Origin: an uncultured Acidobacteriota bacterium
Lineage (GTDB): Bacteria > Acidobacteriota > Vicinamibacteria > Vicinamibacterales > SCN-69-37
DNA: 64,000 nt
NCBI GenBank assembly: GCA_963724955.1
Contig: CAVRWQ010000011.1
Location: 314,357-378,356 of the forward strand
Direction: 5' to 3'
This document shows, piece after piece, positions 9,919-19,418 of this stretch. Positions within the stretch are counted from its first letter, which is position 1; each line of letters opens with the position of its first letter. The position numbers and the translations under genes are program-made. The notes beneath the pieces are model-generated. The model was not told the DNA's origin and did no database searches. It saw only the letters and a list, made by a program, of their open reading frames with translations.

Positions 9919-11111
9919 TTGAAGGCCTCGCGCAGCCGGGCAATCAAGCCCCGGTAGGAGCGATAGTCGCCGAGCCGATAGCTTCGCCAGGGATCGTCGA
10001 GAGCCGCAGGTCCCGACATGAACTCCGTCGCCACCGCTTCCGCGTCCGAGAGCCTGTGATGCATGAACAGTGCTGACGTCAACAGCGTCGCCGCCGATCG
10101 CGCACGTGGAATGGCGTCCAGCGCCGCGCGATAGGCCGCCGCCGCCGCATCGACGCGGCCCTCCCGCGCGTGCGACCAGCCGTCATAGAGATGCGCGAGG
10201 TACTTCACGAACGGATCGGACGAGGAGGCGGCGATGCGGAAGTGATCGCGCGCGCGATCCGGCACGCCAAGTCGCAGCCGGCAGTAGCCGGCGCGCAGGT
10301 GCGCCTCGGCGCCGACCCGCTCGTCTGACAGCAAAGCGTCGAAGGCGGCCGCGGCGCGTTCGAGCGACGCGGTGCGTTCGGAGGCTGGTTCCGCCGTCGC
10401 CGGGTCGATCATCTCGGAGGCGATCTGATCGAACGTCACGGGTCCGCTCGCCCGGCGCGACAGCGGCGAGGGCCGCGGCGTCGAGGCGTCGAATTCGATG
10501 CCGACCGCTTCTGCCAGCTTGACGTAGGAATCGTCAGGAAATCGTGCGCGCGCTTCCGCGAGATAACCGGGCGACGCGACAGGCGCCGCAGAGCGGGCGC
10601 GCGGCGCCGTGGTCCTGGGCGCAGGAGGCGCGGCAGGAGCCAGGAACGACCACGCCTCGGAGCCTTCGGCCAGCGCAATCGACGCGCGCAACCAGACGGA
10701 CTCCCACGACGGCAGCGACGTCCGCGCGACGTCACGCGCCCACTCGATGAGTGCGGGGGACAGACCCGGCCGTGACGCGGTGTACTCGAGCGCCATCGTC
10801 GCCGCTGCCAGCCGTCTTCGCGGCGCGGCTTCCGGGCCCGTCGCGAGAATCCAGTCCTCCGCTTGCCTGACGTTGAATCCGCCAAGCAAAGAGAGCCTCG
10901 CAATCGCTTCTTCGTACTGCCCGATGACGTAGCGCTCGAGCGCTTCGCCGGTCGCGGAACGCTGGCGCGGCAGGCGTCCCGGACGCTGCGACGGCGGCGG
11001 CTGCTGCGGACTACCTGGCGGCGGCGTCGACGGCGGCCGGACCGGTGGCGTCGGCGGCAGTTGCGACGTCGCGATGAGAATGACGAAGGTACAGGCGAGC
11101 AATACGCGCAT
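9915..11111 (-). CDS. secreted TPR-like repeat protein, paralog 2 (function unknown)
   Basis: Intact 398-aa ORF with an N-terminal signal and a Pro-rich linker. C-terminus AAAAYRAALDAIPRARSAATLLTSALF...DPWRSYRLGDYRSYRGLIARLREAFK is colinear with 3100..4353. Confidence 0.7.
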   Translation of the reverse strand: MRVLLACTFVILIATSQLPPTPPVRPPSTPPPGSPQQPPPSQRPGRLPRQRSATGEALERYVIGQYEEAIARLSLLGGFNVRQAEDWILATGPEAAPRRRLAAATMALEYTASRPGLSPALIEWARDVARTSLPSWESVWLRASIALAEGSEAWSFLAPAAPPAPRTTAPRARSAAPVASPGYLAEARARFPDDSYVKLAEAVGIEFDASTPRPSPLSRRASGPVTFDQIASEMIDPATAEPASERTASLERAAAAFDALLSDERVGAEAHLRAGYCRLRLGVPDRARDHFRIAASSSDPFVKYLAHLYDGWSHAREGRVDAAAAAYRAALDAIPRARSAATLLTSALFMHHRLSDAEAVATEFMSGPAALDDPWRSYRLGDYRSYRGLIARLREAFK

Positions 11112-11195
11112 CAGTGAGCGATCGCGGCAGGAGCGGGCGAAGCGATCTTATGACAGTTACCGCCCGCAGGCGAGCGGACGTCCTCTTCCTCAGTT

Positions 11196-11221
11196 GCTCG
11201 CGGGGCCCCACCCCCGCTCGC
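11196..11221. repeat. inverted copy of the GC-rich 27-mer seen at 4553-4579
   Basis: gctcgcggggccccacccccgctcgc is the reverse complement of gcgagcgggggtggggcccc(c)gcgagc. Confidence 0.6.
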
Positions 11222-11251
11222 GCGCCCGCGACGGGCGGTCCACTTACTACT

Positions 11252-11755
11252 TTAGGCCGGTCTTTTGAGCAGCATCGGTTCTTCACGCAGTTCCTTCGCG
11301 AGCCGGCCCTGCTGGTAGCGCCAGAAGTCGAAACGAGCGGACATGGCCCGCATCATGCGCACGCGGTTCTGGTCGTGCGAGAGCTGCGCCGCCTGCTCGT
11401 AGAAACCCGCGCCGATTGCGGCGTACCAGTTCACGTTGTGGCGCCGCTTGAGCTGGCTGCCGAAAAAGCCGGTGAGCAGGAGACACTGTGAGGCTGCCGC
11501 TTCCATGAGCTCGGGATCCGCATGCTGGCTGCGGTCGAGCACGAAGACCTCCAGCACGGTGAAGAGATTGACCGGACAGCCGGGGAAATGAGTCGTCGAC
11601 GCGGTGGAGGTCGTCGCGTAGTGCGCGAGCACACTCGCGTTGTAGAGCAACTCCCCCGTGGGCGGCCCATCGTCGTCGCTCACGTCTTTCAGGCGCTCGA
11701 AGAAGAACCGCAGCGCCTGCGCGTTCGTGACAGCCAGCAGCTGACGAGGATCCAT
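11252..11755 (-). CDS. hypothetical protein (167 aa), no family recognised
   Basis: Intact ORF with coding-like composition (MDPRQLLAVTNAQALRFFFERLKDVSDDDGPP...). No motif I can name. Confidence 0.45.
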   Translation of the reverse strand: MDPRQLLAVTNAQALRFFFERLKDVSDDDGPPTGELLYNASVLAHYATTSTASTTHFPGCPVNLFTVLEVFVLDRSQHADPELMEAAASQCLLLTGFFGSQLKRRHNVNWYAAIGAGFYEQAAQLSHDQNRVRMMRAMSARFDFWRYQQGRLAKELREEPMLLKRPA

Positions 11756-12313
11756 GACTCCTGTCTCTTCTTAATCGGCGTAAAACGACGCCTTCTGTAG
11801 TGATCTACGACGGGACCCGGTCAAATGGTTTCGACCAGACCTGCGGCCGCCGTTGGCACGAGAGTTGTAGCTGCAGGCAGGTTGGGGTCAACCAAATCAC
11901 ACGAATGTGGACCTACTAGTTTTGGGCGGCGGCTCCATTTCGCTCGGGAGACAGTAGGTTACGTTGCCCGGATGCGTCACGTGGCGCATCGCACTCGGCG
12001 CAGGTTCCCGACGCCAGCACTCCCAACCGGCCCCAGGTCCGGCCGGCGCATACTTCGGGCGCCTTCACGCTCTCGGCAAGGCCCTCCAACACTTTGTCCG
12101 GACAGAGTCGCGATCAGCAGAGAATTCTCTTGACAGGTTTTCAGGCGGGGATCGTTTTCGTGCCGATCTATCCGCTCGCATTGGCTGTGGCCGCCCTCTG
12201 CTGTCACGCTGAGCGCACGTCGCCAGCGAAATCGGGCGGCTGGCAAATCACGCGCCGATCGGCCGCGTCGTCGCCGCGGAGAGGGTCGGAAAAACGCATG
12301 CTATACCGAGAGA

Positions 12314-13342
12314 ATGACGACCACCTCCATTGCACAGCTCACCGATCAGGAACTTCTCGCCGCAACGACTCACGCCGTCGCCAACGAGCGTCGCACGACG
12401 GCGGAATTGCTCGCGCTGCTCGCCGAACTAGATATGCGCAAGCTGTACCTCGGCGCAGGCTACTCGTCACTGTTCACTTACTGCACCCAGATGCTGTATT
12501 TGTCGGAACCAGCCGCGTACAGTCGCATCACGGCGGCGCGTGTGGCACGCCGGTTTCCGCTTCTGCTGACGCAGATCGCCGACGGGGACATCACGCTCAC
12601 CACTGTCAGCCTCCTGGCTTCGCATCTCACGGATGAGAACCATGAAGGGCTGCTGGACGCCGCTCGGCACAAGAGCAAGCGTGAGGTCGAGCGGCTGATC
12701 GCCTCGTTACAGCCGCAGCCTGAGATTCCGTCGAGTGTCCGAAGGCTGACCGGCCCGGTCCCACCGGAGGTGCTTCTTGCTCCACATGTCGAGATGCCGC
12801 CAGAGCCGGCGCCTGCCCAGAGCACTGGCGAGACGCCACGGCTCGTGCCGTCACGGCCGAGCCGGCCGGTGGTTGCACCCATCGCGCCCGAACGCTACCT
12901 GATGAGAGTCACTATCAGCGGCGACACGTATCGAAAGCTGGAACGCGCCCGCGATCTCCTACGGCATGTGATCCCGAATGGCGATCCCGCCGCCATCGTC
13001 GATCGCGCGCTCACTCTGCTCGTCGAGCGACTCGACAAGCGCCGGACCGGCAGGACAACGCGACCACGAGTGCGACCGCAATTCGCAGCCGCCTCGCAGC
13101 GATCACGACGCCTGCCGGCGTCTCTGCGCCGCGCGGTCTGGTCTCGAGATGGAGGCCGATGCGCCTTCGTTGGCGCGCAGGGACGTTGTCAGGAAATGGG
13201 ATTCCTGGAGTTCCATCACGTCCGGCCATTTGCCGCAGGTGGGGAAACCACAGTCGAGAACCTCGAGCTGCGCTGCCGGGCGCACAATCAACATGAAGCC
13301 GAGCTTTACTTCGGGGGGGAACTCAGCGGCAGTCCATCGTAG
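12314..13342 (+). CDS. HNH endonuclease with DUF222-like N-terminal domain
   Basis: Intact 342-aa ORF. C-terminal HNH core RRAVWSRDGGRCAF...CQEMGFLEFHHVRPFAAGGETTVENLELRCRAHNQHEA. The helical N-terminal region (ELLALLAELDMRKLYLGAGYSSLFTYC) is as in DUF222/HNH proteins. Confidence 0.85.
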   Translation: MTTTSIAQLTDQELLAATTHAVANERRTTAELLALLAELDMRKLYLGAGYSSLFTYCTQMLYLSEPAAYSRITAARVARRFPLLLTQIADGDITLTTVSLLASHLTDENHEGLLDAARHKSKREVERLIASLQPQPEIPSSVRRLTGPVPPEVLLAPHVEMPPEPAPAQSTGETPRLVPSRPSRPVVAPIAPERYLMRVTISGDTYRKLERARDLLRHVIPNGDPAAIVDRALTLLVERLDKRRTGRTTRPRVRPQFAAASQRSRRLPASLRRAVWSRDGGRCAFVGAQGRCQEMGFLEFHHVRPFAAGGETTVENLELRCRAHNQHEAELYFGGELSGSPS

Positions 13343-13344
13343 AG

Positions 13345-13393
13345 AGACACTGACCCTCGAGCGCTCTTCACACCAAGGACTTCAAGCGCCTTT
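13345..13393. repeat. possible degenerate half-copy of the HHEE element
   Basis: The reverse complement aaaggcgcttgaagtccttggtgtgaagagcgct resembles the copy B left arm atgaagtctgaaggcgtgaagcgct. Weak match. Confidence 0.3.
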
Positions 13394-14353
13394 CTAGCCC
13401 TTGAGCGCCGCGATCATCGCCGGCACGATCTCGAACAGATCGCCGGCGATCCCGTAGTCGGCAATTTCGAAGATCGGCGCCTCGGCATCCTTGTTGATCG
13501 CGACGATCGTCCGCGCGCCTTTCATGCCGACGACGTGCTGGATGGCGCCGGAGATGCCGAGCGCGAGGTACAGCTTCGGCGCGACGGTCTGGCCGGAGCT
13601 GCCGACCTGGCGCTCCATCGGCAGCCAGCCGGCGTCGCAGATGGGACGGGAGGCCGCCAGCTCGGCGCCGAGCGCTTCGGCCAGCTGCTTGGCGAGCGCG
13701 ATGTGCTCCTGGCCCTTGATGCCGCGGCCGACGGAGACGATGCGATCGGCCTGCGAGAGATCGACGGCCTGCTTCGCTTCACGGAACGGCGCTTCGGGCT
13801 TCTGGCGAATCTGCGCAGGATCGACGGTCGCGGCGACGTTGCGCACGGGCGCGCCGCTGCGCCCTTCTTCACGGCGTCGGCGCGGAACGCGCCAATCTGA
13901 AACGTCACCAGATGCGGCGCGGCGCCTTCGAGCACGACGTCCGCGTTGACCTTGCCCTGGAACATCTGCCGGACGAACACCGGTGCGCCGCCGCCGGTCT
14001 TGACGCCGATGCAGTCGGTCACGAGCGCGCGATCGAGCCGCGCGGCGAGCTTCGGCGCGAAGTCGCGCGTCTGGTAGGTGTGCGGGAAGATGACGAGCGA
14101 CGGCGACTCGGCGGCGATGAGCGCCGCCAGCGCCTGCACGAATCCGTCCGGCGTGTAGACCGCGAGCGCGTCGTGCTCGAGCGCGATGACCTCGGCGACG
14201 TCGGCTGCCGCCAGCTCGGCCGCCGCCGGCGCGACGCCGGCGCCCGGCAGCACGACCTTCACCGGGCCGCCGATCTGCTGCGCGGCCGCGATCGCCTCCC
14301 ACGACGCGCGGTTGAGCGTGCCGTCTCGTCTGTTCGGCGACGACGAGAATCAT
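13394..14353 (-). CDS. etfA: electron transfer flavoprotein alpha subunit (2 frame changes in this assembly)
   Basis: The pieces MILVVAEQ.., VKVVLPGAGVAPAAAELAAADVAEVIALEHDALAVYTPDGF...FRADAVKKG, and VDLSQADRIVSVGRGIKG...KLYLALGISGAIQHVVGMKGARTIVAINKDAEAPIFEIADYGIAGDLFEIVPAMIAALKG lie in two frames. Breaks are near 14325 (one extra base) and 13860. Confidence 0.85.
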   Translation of the reverse strand: MILVVAEQTRRHAQPRVVGGDRGRAADRRPGEGRAAGRRRRAGGGRAGGSRRRRGHRARARRARGLHAGRIRAGAGGAHRRRVAVARHLPAHLPDARLRAEARRAARSRARDRLHRRQDRRRRTGVRPADVPGQGQRGRRARRRRAASGDVSDWRVPRRRREEGRSGAPVRNVAATVDPAQIRQKPEAPFREAKQAVDLSQADRIVSVGRGIKGQEHIALAKQLAEALGAELAASRPICDAGWLPMERQVGSSGQTVAPKLYLALGISGAIQHVVGMKGARTIVAINKDAEAPIFEIADYGIAGDLFEIVPAMIAALKG

Positions 14354-15118
14354 CAGATCACCCTCGCGTCTTCGCGCAGCACGCGCACGAGTTCCTTCGC
14401 CGCCTCCGCCGGCGAGCCGCCGATCATGCGCGTCTGCTTCGATTTCTCCGGCAGGTAGACCGCGACGATCCGCTGCGCGCAGCGGACGCCGGCGGCGGGC
14501 GGGCACCGCGCGAATCTCCTTCTTCTTCGCGGCCATGATGCCCTTGAGCGTCGCGTAGCGAAGCTGGTTGATGCCGCTCTGAATCGTGAGCACCGCCGGC
14601 AGCGGCATCGCGATCCACTGGAACCAGCCGCCTTCGAGCTCGCGCTTCACGCGCAACTGCGAGACCTCGACCTGCACTTCCATGATGATGGTCGAGTGGG
14701 CCATGCCGAGCTGTCTCGGCCAGCACGACGCCGACCTGCGCGAAGCCCTGGTCGTCGGACTGGAGACCCGTCAGCACCAGATCCACGCTGCTCGTCCTTG
14801 AGCGCCGCGGCGAGCGCGTCGGCGGCGGCGAACGCGTCGGCCGTCGCGAAGTGGTCGCCCTGCACGTGAATGGCGCGATCGGCGCCGCGGGCGAGCGCCT
14901 CGCGCAGCACCTGCGTCGACGCGCGCCGGGCCGGCCGAGACGACGACGACTTCCCCGCCGTGCTTCTCGCGCAGCCGCAGCGCCTCTTCGAGCGCGTAGG
15001 CGTCCGGCTCGTTCAGCTCCCAGCTCGCGTCCTGGTCGCGCACCCAGGTCTTCGCGTCGTTGACGCGCACCTGCCATTCGCGCGTGACGACTTGTTTGAT
15101 ACAGACGGCGATTTTCAT
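14353..15118 (-). CDS. etfB: electron transfer flavoprotein beta subunit (several frame changes)
   Basis: MKIAVCIKQVVTREWQVRVNDAKTWVRDQDASWELNEPDAYALEEALRLREKHGGEVVVVSAGP, then LREALARGADRAIHVQGDHF, LVLTGLQSDDQGFAQVG, STIIMEVQVEVSQLRVKRELEGGWFQWIAMPLPAVLTIQSGINQLRYATLKGIMAAKKKEIR and ..AKELVRVLREDARVI*, spread over three frames. The stop overlaps the etfA ATG. Confidence 0.85.
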
Positions 15119-15163
15119 AAAGGCAACTGCACAGTTTCGACGTTCGATTTTCGACGTTCGAAG

Positions 15164-16408
15164 TTACTCATATTCCTTCAGCAGCAGCGTCCCGTTGGTG
15201 CCGCCGAAGCCGAACGAGTTCGAGAGCGCGTAGTCGAATCTTCATCGGGCGCTTCGCGTTGGCGGCGTAGTCGAGATCGCAGGCCGGATCGGGATCGTCG
15301 AGATTGATCGTCGGCGGCGCGACCTGATGGCGCACCGCGAGCGCCGTGATGCCCGCTTCGAGCCCGCCGGCGGCGCCGAGCAGATGCCCGGTCATCGACT
15401 TCGTCGACGACATCACCAGCTTCTGCGCGTGCTCGCCGAACGTCGTCTTGACGGCCAGCGTCTCGGTCGGATCGTTGATCGGCGTCGACGTGCCGTGCGC
15501 GTTGATGTAGTCGATCTCGTCGGGCCGCACGCCGGCCTTGCGCAGCGCCATCCGCATCGATCGGACGGCGCCGTTGCGCGTCCTCGGGCTGCGCGGTCAG
15601 GTGAAAGGCGTCGCCGGACAGGCCGTAGCCGACGATCTCCGCGTAGATCGTGCGCGCCGCGCGCCTTCGCGATCTCGAGCTCCTCGAGAATCACGATGCC
15701 GGCGCCTTCGCCGATGACGAAGCCGTCGCGGTCCTTGTCGAACGGCCGGCTGGCGCGCGCCGGCTCGTCGTTGCGCGTGGACAGCGCGCGCATCGCGGCA
15801 AACCCGCCGACGCCCATCGGCGTGATCGACGCCTCCGATCCGCCGGCAATCATCACGTCGGCGTCGTCGCGCCGGATGATCTCGAACGCCTCGCCGATCG
15901 AGTGCGCCGACGCCGTGCACGCGGTGCACGTCGCGAGATTCGGGCCGCGGGCGCCGAAGCGAATCGACACCTGGCCGGCCGCGAGGTTGATGATGGACGC
16001 GGGAATGAAGAACGGGGAGATGCGGCGCGGCCCGCCGTTGAGCAGCTCGATGTGCTCGCGCTCGATCGTCGAGAACCCGCCGATGCCCGACGCGATGAAG
16101 ACGCCGACGCGGTCGGCGATCTCCGGCGTGACCTTCAGCTCCGCATCGTCCACCGCGAACTGCGACGCCGCGAGCGCGTACTGGATGAAGACGTCCATCT
16201 TCTTGACGTCCTTCTTCTCGACGTACTGCAGGGGATCGAAGCCCTTGACCTCGCCGGCGATGCGCGCCGCAAACGCGCGCGGCATCGAAGTGCGTGATCG
16301 GGCCGATGCCGCTCCGGCCGGCGCAGCAGCGCCGTCCCAGTTGGCCTCCGTGCCGATGCCGACCGACGACAGCAGGCCGACGCCGGTGACGACTACTCGC
16401 CTGTTCAA
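15164..16408 (-). CDS. fabF: 3-oxoacyl-ACP synthase II (multiple frame changes)
   Basis: [21 protein letters not shown]..., active-site region [21 protein letters not shown], ...[27 protein letters not shown]...[15 protein letters not shown]. The true C-terminus [18 protein letters not shown] is recovered by removing one base near 15235. Confidence 0.85.
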
Positions 16409-16662
16409 CGCGTCGCTCCGCTTACTTCTTCTTGGCGTGGCGCCTCGATGTACTCGATGGCTTCCTTCACGCGCGTGATCTTCTCGGCGTCCTCGTCGGG
16501 AATCTCGATGCCGAATTCCTCTTCGAAGGCCATGACGAGTTCGACCGTGTCGAGCGAGTCGGCGCCGAGGTCGTCGACGAACGACGCATCCGGCGTCACT
16601 TCGTCTTCATCGACGCCCAACTGCTCGACGATGATCTTCTTGACCTGGTCCGCAACCGCCAT
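16405..16662 (-). CDS. acpP: acyl carrier protein
   Basis: [62 protein letters not shown] with the DSLD phosphopantetheine site. The 7-aa tail is probably an artefact: deleting one C in gcgccacgcc gives ..EAHAKKK-TAA at 16422. Confidence 0.92.
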   Translation of the reverse strand: MAVADQVKKIIVEQLGVDEDEVTPDASFVDDLGADSLDTVELVMAFEEEFGIEIPDEDAEKITRVKEAIEYIEAPRQEEVSGATR

Positions 16663-16687
16663 TCAGTCCTCCTGCGTGAATTCAGTT

Positions 16688-16714
16688 GGCGGCCCACAAC
16701 CCGGGCCGCCCTAC
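16688..16714 (-). repeat. REP-like element 1 (GTAG head + 8-bp GC stem), directly on the fabG stop
   Basis: Minus strand GTAG-GGCGGCCC-GGGTTGT-GGGCCGCC. The TAG within GTAG is the fabG stop codon. Confidence 0.7.
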
Positions 16715-17458
16715 AAGTACATCCCGCCGTTGACGGCGAGCACGTGCCCCGTAATATACGCTGCCTCGTCCGAGGCGAGGAACACGACGGCCGCGGCGAC
16801 GTCTTCGGGCGTGCCGAGGCGCTTCAGCGGAATCTTCGCCGCCCACTCCTCCTGGGCGCCGCCGGCAATCGCCCGCGTCATGTCCGTGTCGATCAGCCCG
16901 GGCGCGACCGCGTTGACCGTGATGTTGCGCGACGCGACCTCGAGCGCCAGCGCCTTCGTGAAGCCAATCAGCCCGGCCTTCGACGCCGCGTAGTTCGCCT
17001 GTCCGGCGTTGCCCGACTGGCCGACGACGGACGTGATGTTGATGATGCGGCCCGCGCGCTGCTTGATCATCGGCTTGAGCACGGCCTGCACGCACGGTGA
17101 ACGCCGCCGTCAGATTCGTCTGAATGCACCGCGTCCCAGTCGTCGCGCTTCATGCGCAGCATCAGCTGGTCGCGCGTGATGCCGGCGTTGTTCACGAGGA
17201 TGTCGATCCGGCCGTGACGCTCGAGCGATCGCGGCCACGGTCCGCGTCGATCGGCGCCGGCATCGGTGACGTCGAGCGCGACGGCCTCCGCCCGTCCGCC
17301 GCGCGCCGCGAATCTCGTCGACCGTCGCTCGCGCGTTCTCGCCGCGCGCCGCCGCCACCACCGTCGCGCCCGCCGCGGCCAGCGCCAGCGCGATCGCCCG
17401 GCCGATGCCGCGCGACGCGCCCGTGACCAGGGCCACACGGCCCGTCCAGGCTCCTCAT
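16711..17458 (-). CDS. fabG: 3-oxoacyl-ACP reductase (frame changes)
   Basis: [32 protein letters not shown] (recovered after removing one C near 17440), [29 protein letters not shown], and an intact C-terminal 126 aa with [32 protein letters not shown]...[12 protein letters not shown]. Confidence 0.85.
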
Positions 17459-18560
17459 CGCAACCTGCCTACTTCAGCACACGGCACGCGCGCACGCAAC
17501 TTGCTGCAGATCAAGAGCTCACCATGAGTCTGCACCCTCATGGCGAGCCTTCGACAACGCAGCGCCTCGGCCAGCCGCTCGGTCATCCGCTGCTCGGCGA
17601 GCCGCGCGGCCATCGCGATGCCGTTCTCGACCGCCTGGGCCGACGATCGCCCGTGGCCGACGAGCGCGAGGCCGTTGACGCCGAGCAGCGGCGCGCCGCC
17701 GGATTCCGCGTAGTCCACGCGCTGCTTGAACCGCGCGAACGCGCGGCGCGTGAGCAGCGCGCCGATCTGCGACGACCAGCTCGGCGCCCAGTTCCTCGCG
17801 CAGCATCTCCTGCGCCAGCCTCGACGAGCCCCTCGCCGACCTTCAGCGCGATGTTGCCCGTGAACCCGTCGCAGACGATGACGTCGGCGCGGCCGCGTGA
17901 AGAACTCGCGCGCCTCGAGGTTGCCGATGAAGTCGATCGGCGCGCGTCCGAGCAGCGCGTGCGCCTCGCGAATGAGGTCGTTGCCCTTGCCGGCTTCCTC
18001 GCCGATCGACAGCAGCCCGACCTTGGGGCGCTCGACGTCCGAGCGACACGCGCGCGTACGCCGCGCCCATGACGCCGAACTGGCACGAGATGCTCGGCGC
18101 GGCACTCGAGATTCGCGCCGGCGTCGAGCAGGATCGCGGCGCCCGCGCGCGTCGGCACGGTCACGGCCAGCGCCGGACGATCGACGCCCGGCAGCATGCC
18201 GAACGCCGCGTGCGCGGCAGAGAACGTCGCGCCGGTGTGCCCCGCGCTGAAGAGCGCCGCCGGCCTCGCCGCGCGCCACGAGATCGGCCGCGACGCGAAC
18301 CGACGACGCGCGGCTTGCGCCGGAGCGCCGCGAGCGGCGACTCGTCCATCGCCACCACGTCGGGCGCGTCGACGATCGTGAGCGCGCAGGCCGGCGCGCG
18401 CCGCCCTGCTGTCGCCATCTCGGCGCGAATGCAGCGCCGGCGGGCCCGACGAGCGTGACGCCGGCGATGCCGCGCGCGCGCCGCCTGCATCGCGCCGGCG
18501 ACGACCGCGCCGGGCGCCAGGTCGCCGCCCATCGCGTCAACGGCGACATGGTGATGGCAT
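17455..18560 (-). CDS. plsX: phosphate acyltransferase PlsX (frame changes; both ends approximate)
   Basis: [23 protein letters not shown], ...[103 protein letters not shown], found across three frames. An alternative stop lies at 17519. Confidence 0.8.
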
Positions 18561-18600
18561 GGGCAATGAGGCAATGCACGCGCTACGAGCGTCAGCTCGC

Positions 18601-18786
18601 TCAGTCTTCTCCTGACCGGCTCTGCACCTGCCGGCCGCGGTAGTAGCCGCAGTTCGGGCAGACCATGTGCGGCAGCTTCAGCTCGTGGCACTGCGGGCAC
18701 TCGCTCATGCCGATCGGCTTCAGCGCGTCGTGCGTCCGGCGCTTGGCCGTGCGCGTCTTGGAGTGTCGTCGTTTGGGATTCGGCAT
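18601..18786 (-). CDS. rpmF: 50S ribosomal protein L32
   Basis: MPNPKRRHSKTRTAKRRTHDALKPIGMSECPQCHELKLPHMVCPNCGYY. Intact. Confidence 0.95.
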   Translation of the reverse strand: MPNPKRRHSKTRTAKRRTHDALKPIGMSECPQCHELKLPHMVCPNCGYYRGRQVQSRSGED

Positions 18787-18789
18787 CGA

Positions 18790-19353
18790 TCTGGTCCGTC
18801 GTCATTCGTCAGCAGCTTCTTCAGCGGCTCCATGCCGCGGGATCGACCCACTCGGCCTGGCACGCGCAGCGTCTCGCGGTTGCGGTTCACGCCGCACACC
18901 GGACACAAGCCCCTGGCAGTCCGGCGCGGCAGAGCGGCTTCATCGGCAGCGCGAGATAGAACTGCTCGCGCATCACCTCGCCGAGGTCGATCGCGTCGTC
19001 CTTGTAGAACGACGACGCCGAGGTCGTCCTCGCGCACTTCGACCTCGTCGTCTTCGTCGCCTGCCGGCGCGGCGTCGGCCGTCGCCGGCAGAAACAGCAC
19101 GTCGAACTTCGCGTCGACCGGGCACGGCGAACGGCTCGAGGCACCGGCTGCAGTCGCACTCGAGCGTCGGCACCCACCTGCCCGACGAGCCGCACCTTCT
19201 GCGCGTCCTTGCGGACGTCCGCCGTCAGCTCGCACCGGCGCCGGCGAGCCGGAATTCCTCGCCTCGCCAGCGACGAACGCCGGCCGGCTCGTACCGTCCG
19301 ATCGAGCTGATCGAGCGGCTCGCCCCGGAAACCCGCGTGAGATCGAGCAACAT
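18790..19353 (-). CDS. DUF177/YceD-family protein (frame changes; 3' end approximate)
   Basis: MLLDLTRV.. start at 19353. [28 protein letters not shown] followed by a C..C/C.C region, in the usual position upstream of rpmF. Confidence 0.65.
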
Positions 19354-19418
19354 AGCAGCCTCTGGCCGGGCCCACTCCGGCCAACCCGAAACGGATGCAA
19401 TCTTAGCATCGGAGCCGG

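Noticed and set aside
11756-12313. Hidden ncRNA (6S, tmRNA, RNase P, riboswitch) or promoter in the long non-coding gap
   Set aside because: I could not recognise any conserved core of those RNAs by eye. The ttgaca at ~12131 has no acceptable -10 element at 16-18 nt. The region is left unannotated; cmscan would be decisive.
16405-16426. Unusual C-terminal extension of ACP overlapping fabF
   Set aside because: Deleting one C in gcgccacgcc restores a normal ..EAHAKKK-TAA end at 16422. This is consistent with the local indel problem.
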